A stretch of 44,617 nucleotides of DNA from Perkinsus chesapeaki ATCC PRA-425 (Eukaryota; Protista; Perkinsozoa). The stretch lies in NCBI GenBank assembly GCA_013115145.1, contig JAAPAO010000268.1, positions 1-44,617 of the forward strand, in the 5' to 3' direction. Made by a program: the position numbers and the translations under genes. The notes below the pieces were generated by a model that had not been told where the DNA came from, made no database searches, and was given only the letters and a program-made list of their open reading frames with translations. Positions 35,293 to 44,617 of the stretch are shown one piece after another (positions within the stretch are counted from its first letter, which is position 1; every line of letters begins with the position of its first letter).

Positions 35293-37039
35293 ATTTAAAA
35301 GCTACAATACAATGACCGAAACTAAAATATGGCTGTGTTGTAACCACCGTGATAGAACACAATGTCAGACTTGGTTAAAGAAGATGGACTTTTAGTTTGG
35401 GTTAGATGATAAGAGTCGCTTCTCAAACACAAGTGAGAGACGAGACAACTAAGGATGAGAAGAAACCTCAGGATCGTAAAACGCGCAGCCCGGACTCGAC
35501 TATCAAGCACAATTGATCAGGTTTCACTAGTTCCACGCACCTTAGGGAGAGGCCCCGAGCTTAGGGGCGCGCTCTACTGGCGGAGGTGTACGTGCGGTGG
35601 GAGAACCCCAATCGGGTAGTCATCCTTACCACATGGTCTAATACTTGATGGGCCATAAAGACGATATGAGCGGATATCCGCTCATATCACGCACTCATAT
35701 CCGTACGTGGAAAACTCGGCTTCGCCTCTCTCTCACTCAGTTGAAAGTTTGAATTGCAACTTTACTCGGAAGAAAAGTCTATGCCCTGTGAGCTACGGCG
35801 ACGCCGTCAACAGCGTATCCTCCCCAGGTGTTTGGTCCAGGTTTTTGCCTGTTATCGTGATACTACTTCTTCCCCCCCCACAGCAAGATATGTCGCGAAG
35901 GTTATTACTATATCCCTAGTCGTGTTAGCTCCTCTGTTGGGTTATCCTTGAGAGTTCATCAACTGCTACCGCGTCACTGGAAGTGTACGCAGTTGTTATG
36001 CAACAACCGTGCTTTGCTATAGGTGCTGACCAGCGTCGTGCCATACCAAATAGATGGTGAAGATGGCTCTACTCTGCCAGGTCGAGGCTAGTGTAACTTA
36101 GACTACACCAAGCTTCTTCTGAACTTCTTCTTAAGCGATTGGATAGCACCCCGTTTTGTATGATCTCCTACCTTAGCTTCGTTTAGCTTCGTAAGACTGT
36201 GCAAGACACAAGAAGTCTAACAAGTACTAGTATACCGTAAACGCACACCACGTTGTGTAGTGTTATATCCCTGCTATTTGTGTGTAGTGCATCTTGAGGA
36301 ATTCGTTTATAACTCATTTCTTGCATGCTTTACCCCCTAACCTTTTATTATTATTCACTAAGCACGTGTGCTCACTTGTCTTGAGAGAATCTTTAGCTTT
36401 GCACGATTCCTGCATCGCGTTCTAACAGGCAACCTCCTCAGTTCGAAAAGGATACTGTACAGTATCCCTCGTCTCAATTTATCATTTGTTCATCTTTCGT
36501 ACGCTTGTTAGGCCTTGTATTCCGCGCTGTGCTTACCGTTGCCAGGTGCAAGGGGTGGTCCTGGCATGATTGGAACCTTAATCTCTCGCTGTAGTCGCTG
36601 TGGTGCATTGATCAGACTGGTTGATGGTTTTCCCTTTGTTTGGAGCGCTGCCGTTTTTCTCACTTAGGCTGATTGTCACGCTTCCTCATGGTCGAGGCTA
36701 GTGTCTTGGTCAATTCCCATTCATCAGGATTCCCCGATTTGAGTTCAAGTGAACCGGCTACACTGGGCTACGAATATTCCTAGTCCGGTGAGCACTCGAC
36801 ATGTTAGCTCAAGTTTAAACTGAAATGACTTTTCAACAAACCACTTCATGTCAGCAAGGGCTTCCGTGCCGTTACCAATTGGACCCGGTAGATTTCGTAT
36901 CCTTGGTGACTTCTAATTGATAAGAATCCCCTCAGAGTATCTCATCTGGTGCCAACTCGGCAACTAGGAGCCACAGAGATGTTGCCCTTAAGATGCAAAT
37001 GGGGGAAGATGCGGAACCTGACTGGGGGAGAAGACTGTG

Positions 37040-40000
37040 AGAGATCACCTTACCGTACTCGATACGCCAACCTCCCATCATACCTGCAAACACGAGAAAG
37101 ATTCGATGATGCCTGCAGACAATGAGACCTGTGCTTCCAGTTACCCTCTAAACGTCGAAATCACGACAGTCGATCTGAGTGGATGCGCGCAAGCTCTCGG
37201 GCTGTTGGGCCAGGAAGGTGTCAAAGCTTGTCAAATGCTGAAGAAATGGCGAGAGTGAGACACTTATTAACTTCATATCTGTCGTAATCAAATGTAGATT
37301 CTCATCCATAAGGGAGCATTCAACAAGGAAGCTTGAGAGCCTAAACGCTCAACTAGCTGGTCTCATTGCCGACAGGTAGCCCTCGACAAGTTAGTTGCTT
37401 TGTATCACGAACGATAAGTATTAACAGTGCTGCCGCTTTTGATGAGAGTGTGCTGCGAAAGAGGCACAGTTTACGGTTGCAGCGTTATGAAGAGGAGAAA
37501 GCGGTTGGAGATGCCACCGCGGAGTTGTAGGGCATGGGTTAAAAGGAGACAATTTGCACAAATTCAGCAGGTATCGTAGCTGGCAATACGTTAAAGTGCT
37601 ACGGGAGCGCCAGGGGTTCACATCCACACCATGGCTGCTGAAGGCCTTACCTTTGAAGAAATTTCCAGTTGATGATCGCGAGCGCGAAATGCGCGAAGAG
37701 GCTGAAGAGGTAGACCTCCGACTGCAGGAATCTGCCGTTCTTGGGATAGGATACGTATCGATTCGATGGTTAAGTATCTGCCTTAAGCGGAAGCTGGGAC
37801 AGCGAGAGCTAGCTCGTGTAGTCGGGACGTAGGCTGCGATAAGTGTTTAGTAACAGGGAAAGGGATAGCCATTATACCGCAGATATGCATTCACATTATA
37901 CCTCAACGAACATTCGGATATGGTCACTTATAGGTACTCGTTATTCCCTATTAGTGTCTCTTATTGCAGATCTCTTTTATCCAGTCGTTACCAATCACAG
38001 AAGCAATCTCAATAGTAAATGAAAGGTGGAGGACCTCGAGACCGCATCCAGATGAACCCAAGGTGCGTCGAGTCTCGTGCACAGCTCCTTGCAAACGATA
38101 GGCTCCTCCGGCTGAGCGCCATATCGACTAGGTCATCAAGACGATGCGACCTTTATATTTGCCGTGATACTTGTGCTAATAGCCTATGTACATACTTTGC
38201 GACCATAACTGAGGATACTTTCAATGGCAACTCTGTTCCAATTTCAAAGGTTGTCTTTAAGTGTGCGAAACCGTCGGATTGCTCATCCTTCTGAGCTGAA
38301 GAGCTACATGTGCCCGAAAACGGTGTCATCGTAAGAAAATGTGACTGCCATTAATACTGGGTAGAAATCACTGTGAACCGAACACTTATGTGAGCCAGTT
38401 CATCGTTACATTTTTTGCCTAACCCTACAAACATGAACTTGAAATTGACAAAGCCTAGTCACAGGAAAGAACATGAGGATCATTACTATTACAAAGATAC
38501 GTTACATGATCAGTGCAGCCATTGCGCTGATCCGAGCCATTGCAGATATTCGGAGAGCATTAAATAACCACACTCCAGGCGCGTGGGTCTGGAGGACATA
38601 GTTGATAGTCGTCAACTATCAATCTCTGTCCAAGGGCTCGCTGGTCAGCTGCCAGATGCCACGCTTTTCGTGGCCCCGCTTGCTACTGACCGCGAGTCCT
38701 GCGTCCGGGTGTGGGGGGATGGGGCGCGAAATGCAAATAATGGCTAGATGACTGGCACCACCATCGAAACTATGAGTACTATTCCAAGTTAGCCTGAATT
38801 ATTTTCGCTCCGGCATTTTCTCGCGCTCCTGTTCAGTACGATATGAACCTATTGTACAACGCGGATTTGATAACAGCTGATCACAAACTCGATTCTCCAT
38901 TGGAAATTGCTCGCCGGGAAAATGCAAGGAAAGTCCGAGTTTACCTCACTGCGAGGTTGGACGGAGGTATCACAGTCGCACTTTTGCCCGACACCGCGAT
39001 GCCCACAGGAACCGAGGTGGCCTCTGAACTCGAGCTGCCGTTGTCGGACGTCTTTACCTGGTCCTTGGGAAGGCTCCCTTTCGTAAGTAACTAGTTCGTA
39101 GGCCGGAGTACGGATGGTAATTAGGATGACACGAAGCCTGAAGGGAAACTATCTTTGCCTGCCGGAGCATTTTCATTTGCTGTCCACACTATGCCCTATA
39201 TTCTGAGTCTCAGTGAGTACAACCCATCGCAGGTTCTGCAACGAGGACATTCTTTAGACATCTACGTCACCCTACTCGGCAGTCGTTGGCAGCTAGTAGT
39301 CCCTCGAGCAATCCGGTTAGCTACTGGACAGACGAAGCTAGCGGGCACCGCTGCCATCGGTGTTAGGAGCACTGTTGGAGGCAAGCAAGTGAGGATTCAC
39401 GACTAGTTTAGAATCAAGTCTTTGATCTCACAGCGCTGATCAAACATGCAAAACGTCTGATTGCTATTGGCGATTTGTCGAACCTTTCCTGAAGTTTTCT
39501 GACATATATCCATTGTCACTCCCATCATACGCATTGATGAACATCAGGTAACGCATGTCTACCAGCGTCACCATTTTGAGGAACCGATAACCGTCTTCAA
39601 CGGAGGACAGGAACCTTCAGAATATACGACGGGTAAACTAAGTCGGCTTCGCAGTTCGACGCCTGATAATCTACAGGCTTCGTCAACGGGACGCTGACTT
39701 GGCCAAGTGGATCCGGGCCCAATGGATACGCTGTTCCTCCAATCGTCGGACTGCCTAGCTGTGGGCAGCTCGGGGAAGTTGATACAAAACCGAACACGCC
39801 TAAAATGGATTTGATCAACGACGGAGGGATCGATGATGACTTGGCCGATTACTATGAGCGGAAGTAGAGATAGATTGTTCCCTATTATCGACGTATTCAC
39901 TGGTGGTTACTCGCCTACTACCTAGCGGTAGTTGATACCGCGCTTATAATTTACATCATTAGTTATCAAATGTTAGAAATTATCAATGGCTTGTCGTAAT

Positions 40001-43000
40001 GCTGAATAACCTGATCGTCCCAATCCTCCTTCACTTTGGCAACCAAACCTGAGTGGCTGTCTACTTCTCAATGGGAGTAAAGCCTTGCAATACTCAATTC
40101 AGGAACGGTATATATTATGTGGGTTAGTTCTTGGTCCAGCACCACAACCGCTACGTTAGACTTTCTATATACATCTTGCGAGAGAGGTATATCGTTAGGT
40201 ACTGTTGGTTACGTCTTGCCGTGGGTGAGGACGGTTCTGCAATGTGGCGTAGTGCGCGCCTGATGATGCTGCGAGAACGAGCTGAAGGAAAGCTTACAGG
40301 TAAGTTGGAATGAGAGCGGATGAGAGCGACCCGAGAACATTCCGAGCGTTGTACCCTAGCTGCATCGCACGTAATCCTCATGCCAGTTGGACAACGCGAA
40401 GCTAGAACCAAGCGACCAACGCGAAGCTAGAACCAAGCGACCATAGATCAGCCTTTCGCATAGCCTTGAACATAAGTTCACATTCAACTTCAAGTTAGGT
40501 CAAGATATTCGAGCTGTAGTGTTATCTATCATACTGTTGCCCGGATGCCCCTCTAAAATAGAATCAGATTATGTTTTGAAATTCCGTATCAGCTGAATAA
40601 TCATTCGGACCTCTGCTCCTCCGTAGGCAGTAGGCACTGCTTCAGGGGAGTACTCGACTTCACCGATTCCTGCATTCGACCGAGAGCTGCCAGCGCATTT
40701 GCGCCGACGCGCCATGCTCGATTCGACATTGAAAGAGCCTTATCACGATGCTAAGCCACCACGTCAGTCGGCAGTACTTCAACGATCAAACTAGGGGTTA
40801 GGTCGGACGAGCACATCTGGCTCCATTGGAGTCGATGATGAAATAGAGCGCGAAGAGCACTTACAAAACTTCATAGACCGAGTCCGGGCCAGGAGCAAGC
40901 AGAATCTACAGATAAGGTGAGGCTAGGCAAGTAAATCTGTAGGCTGGTTACTAGGAATCTCGGAGAAAAAAGGCGTCTCCATAATATGTACAGTCTTGGC
41001 AGTGCACATTCGGTATACTGGCGACGAAATGTTACGATATAAGCGGAGTCCCCTTACTCTTTCGAGGATATATTCGCGCTCAGCCGAGACAGCTCAATAG
41101 ATACTCACAATATAAATTATATTATAAACTATATTATATATTATATAATTTTCTAGAAAACCTGGTTGTCCGGAAAGAAATACTCCCCCGTTGGGGAATC
41201 CCCACCGCAAAACGTAGGGCCATCCACACTCTAGAAGAATCGTACTTCATCAGGTCGGCGGTGACGTATCGAAGTGTTGTCGAGGAGTATGAGATAGACT
41301 TCTTCTCTTGGATGCAGTGGACTCAGCTACTGTAGGTGCTCACAACTGCCGCTGTGATGTATCGTTAAGGTTTGCACTGCGCACACTCTTCACTCCATAC
41401 CGTCCACTTCGCCCGGCCGCCTTGAGAGACCCTCGCCACAGTGTGAACGCAACAAAGCAACTCGACCTGCATCTTCAAGTGGCCCTCTGTCTATGACCGC
41501 TCATGTGCGTAAAGTTAGAGCCTTAGATAATACAAGTTTCCGGCCTTCCTCGACGTCGACAGGAGGTTCACAGCTATCACCAGCCGATGGCAGTCTCATA
41601 CAGCTCGGCCACCGGCTTCGCCTCGCATAGCGGTTTCGTACCGTCAGGTGAATTCTCGCTATTACACTTCGAAGATCTATTCCTTTAGGGAATTTCAATT
41701 CGTATAAAGCCCTCAACGAGGATACGTCGCCGGATGTAAGTTACACTCCGATTTTCCTGGTAAAAGTCGTGCGACCAGATTGTCGTTGAAGTTCGGCTTG
41801 TCAACTTCCACGGAGAAACAGTATCTGAAACAACCAAGCCTGTCTCCGCGGGCGGCCTTCTCGCTAACGCCGATATAAACCAGAAAGTTGTTATACCTTA
41901 CATGCGCCCTCGAGACGTTGAGGTAGACTTTATGTATTCGCCCGGTCGGCCCAAGTACGAGCAGGTTTCGGCAGACGAGTTTGCTGACATCCCCGGCAGC
42001 GTTAGCTTCAATGTCTTCGATGAAAAGACTATCACTAGAACACTCAGAGCTGGACACGCGACACACACAGGTAGCCCACCCCCACTTGCTCCTCGTTCAT
42101 TGGGGAGGAGTCCAGTGAACACTCTATGACGTTGCTCAGAGCAACTTGCTCTTCAACGACGGCAACTTTTTCTCTTTTGCTCATCGAGTACAGCTTGCAT
42201 CATGCAGAACGCGAGCGATCTTTTCCACTCCAAGGTGCAACGAGTGTTCAGATAATTCCTTCGCCACGTGCCTTCATTCTGATATATAATATTCATTATC
42301 ACTCCCTTCTATCCAATATTATTCATTGTCTACGGTCAACTCGAGTCTACGAGACAAAACACCCAAAATACCTGTTGTGCGCATTTCCCTGCCCGCATTC
42401 TTCGCCGAGGTCTCTCTCGTTCCGCTTAACAGCAACGTAAAAAGTGAGTGATTTCAAGGAACTTGGACGATGAAAGCCGATGCCGACGTTTACCAAGGAA
42501 GGAGTCAGGTCGCTGTGAGACGCGCAGATAGTATGTGCCAGATACAGAACGACATTTCCTGGGCTCCTTCTCCTTGCCTCTGCCCAGTATTTTCAACAAC
42601 GCCTCAGCGGTTGAAGGCAGCTTCAGGCTTGATACACCAGTAGCGAATTTAAGGGGTATCCGTCAGACGGATGGTATCACACAGCACGCTTCAGGCGGTT
42701 ATTCTGGGGTACACGGCAGTTGAGGACTCGAAGGAATCCTATATATCAATCTCAGCCACAATAAATCCACTTATCTCTATTACTCAACGACAACAGGAAG
42801 TGCTCACCATTGTGTCCAACTACTTATAGGAAAGATCATCCTCTTTTCTTAGGATATTTCACCAGGAGCAGAGCCTCGGCAACTTCTCGCTCACATTCAG
42901 GGATGGCTCGATAAGCTGCGGTCAAGCTATCCTAAAGCCGTTGTTGAAGGCGGCATGGCACTTGGCACTGATCTCGACGGCAAGAGCATTCTTGTGAGTC

Positions 43001-44617
43001 CGAATATAACACCTTGCGTCTTGCGCCACCGAGGTCGTGTCTTATGTGCTGATGCCTCAATTTTCAGGCTTGTCGATATGTGACTCAGACACTCACTCCG
43101 CCGCCAGAAGTGACTTCTTTGGATGACCCATATGCTATCGAAAGGGTTGCGAGGTTCGTTAGTATGGTAAGCATTCGCACTTTCCTCTATCGGTTGCTTC
43201 TCCATCTCACTGTGTCTGCATCTTGAGATATAGAACTAGTGAGGGAGTTGCATTATGCAACTTGCATAGTCAAGCCGATCCCTGCAAAAGTTTTATCGCA
43301 CCGTCAAGATTTTACTGCCGAAGCTAGCCCAACTTTCATCTAAGAGTTAATTATGTAGCCGTCGTAGCTTCGTCACCGTTTGATTTCTGTGTTCATCTTT
43401 TATCGACCGAGGGATGCGTATACTCCAGCAGCTGACATCACTCCTGTTCCGAAAGTTATCAACCTTCGAACCATAGTCTAGATCAACTTCAAGTACCTGC
43501 GCGGAAAGAGCTTGGCCAAGACGCCACCACCCTAGTAGACGTACAGTGGGAAGATTTTTTACCGTGTCAGATACCCTTCCTCACAGATGATCAAATATTC
43601 GCTACTTTGAGGGGAAGCACAAAGCTGAATCTCGATGTTTGGTGTACTCCACAGACTTTCATTGACATAAGAGCTGGTGAGGGAGGATTATGCCGCGCGG
43701 GTGTGCCACAGGGGAATAGGTCGAGAAGGGGAAAGTCCCTATAGGCTGACCGCTTCATCGGGACAGGTATAGTGTTCGACAACTCCCTTAGCTTGGGTAA
43801 TGAATGAACGATATCAAGTCTGGCCAAGTCTATGGCACCAGAACTAGAAACTCACCAATAGCATCAACAACAGCCGCAAGTTCAGGATACTCATGCGGTC
43901 GTTATTGCAGCACTTGTACCATTCAATGGGATTGCATCGTCATTCCCCGGTGTTCAAAATATAATCGGTGGTGTCCTCTTTTCAGGAGACTGGGAAGAGC
44001 ATGCAGTACTACTCTGCAACTTCTTTAACAGAATCGACACGTATCGCCGCACACAGAGCTCGAACTACCCAATCATCGAGTCCTTTTGTGTTTCGTGCCG
44101 GTGTGTTGCTGATGAGTGTGCGATGTAGGACGTGCATATCAAAACCGACTTGCATGATTAAAGTTTCAAGGTTCGTCCTGAGAAGAGACTCTAGCTCCGG
44201 GCACAATGAGCTCTGGCAGCCTGCCACTGACGAGTGTTTCTTCTTTCCCTCCTATACCGACACATTCCCCGCCAGCGGCTTCCTTAGCTCGCTGAAGTAC
44301 GTCTCTGCCTGCTTCGCGTAAATGGAGCTACATTCAGGAGTTTCGTAGGCGCCGCAAGTACAGAGCTCTCAGTCAATAGCAAAACGTACAAGCCAGCGCG
44401 ATTCTGTCCTATTCGCCGAGTGGTTTCTGCTTTTGATCGCTCTAACGTCTGGTTCAATACAAGACAAGATGTGAGTCATATAAGTCCGTCAACCTGGGAA
44501 GTCCTCATCGGGGAAGCGCATTCGCGGTCTTATGGACTTAGCTGGAGATGTATTGGTATGGGTGCTGTGGGGTATGGGTTTTGGGGACAGTAATTGGCCC
44601 TTAGCAGTGTAGGTCCG
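37040..44617 (+). CDS. CC2D2A: CC2D2A/MKS6-like ciliary transition-zone protein (coiled-coil plus C2 domains), multi-exon, truncated by the window end
   Basis: Ordered exon motifs match the family: WQYVKVLRERQGFTSTP, EIARRENARKVRVYL, IPAFDRE, LFTPYRPLRP, FNVFDE, ERHFLGSFSLP..VEGSFRLDTP, DLDGKSIL|ACRYV, ERVARFVSM|IPFLTD..DVWCTPQTF, GDWEEHAVLLCNFF, NVWFN. The 5' end may reach about 35780. Confidence 0.88.
41181..41200 (-). pseudogene. Possible tRNA-Asp-like 3' terminus in CC2D2A intron 40917-41217
   Basis: Minus strand reads gattccccaacgggggagta then tttc; the GGTTC part of the B-box is missing. Confidence 0.35.

Noticed and set aside
38843-39094. Ankyrin-repeat call for DSPLEIARREN
   Set aside because: Better explained as the CC2D2A segment preceding the first C2 domain, collinear with the other exons.
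39568-39900. Aspartic-protease-like minus-strand ORF
   Set aside because: No DTG/DSG motif, and the plus strand carries CC2D2A-like exons.
40195-40300. Kinase-like GTVGY
   Set aside because: Wrong frame; the spliced frame reads YCWLRLAV..RSARLMMLRE of CC2D2A.
41501-42122. Minus-strand ORFs of 71-117 aa suggesting a frameshifted gene
   Set aside because: They are antisense shadows of plus-strand CC2D2A exons (IVVEVRL.., FNVFDE).
42927-43205. Transposase or RT-like PFDSIW on the minus strand
   Set aside because: Antisense to clear CC2D2A exons.
1-44617. Spliced-leader (CCGTAGCCATTTTGGCTCAAG) relics, rRNA or snRNA genes
   Set aside because: No convincing match seen by eye; a proper search was not possible.

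Overview
Intron-rich eukaryotic genomic DNA. Gene content and intron style suggest an alveolate, most likely Perkinsus-like; this is an inference and no search was run. Reading exons across short GT-AG introns by eye gives these genes: a CCR4-type deadenylase (1282-7861), an S10 serine-carboxypeptidase homologue that has lost its catalytic Asp and His (17468-19833), a HAD-like protein (minus strand), holocytochrome c synthase, casein kinase II beta, a CDP-alcohol phosphatidyltransferase, and a CC2D2A/MKS6 ciliary gene that runs off the right edge. There are also several hypothetical genes, one intact tRNA-Arg(CCT), minisatellites and a small inverted-repeat element. The standout signal is ten short (~30-nt) tRNA 3'-halves (variable loop, T-arm/B-box and acceptor 3' strand, no 5' half). 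Each has a different acceptor strand. Nine lie inside inferred spliceosomal introns and none in an exon I could read; six are in CCR4. Three micro-introns of 44, 46 and 48 nt consist almost entirely of an antisense tRNA 3'-half. Exon boundaries are manual and approximate, and protein family calls rest on remembered motifs.
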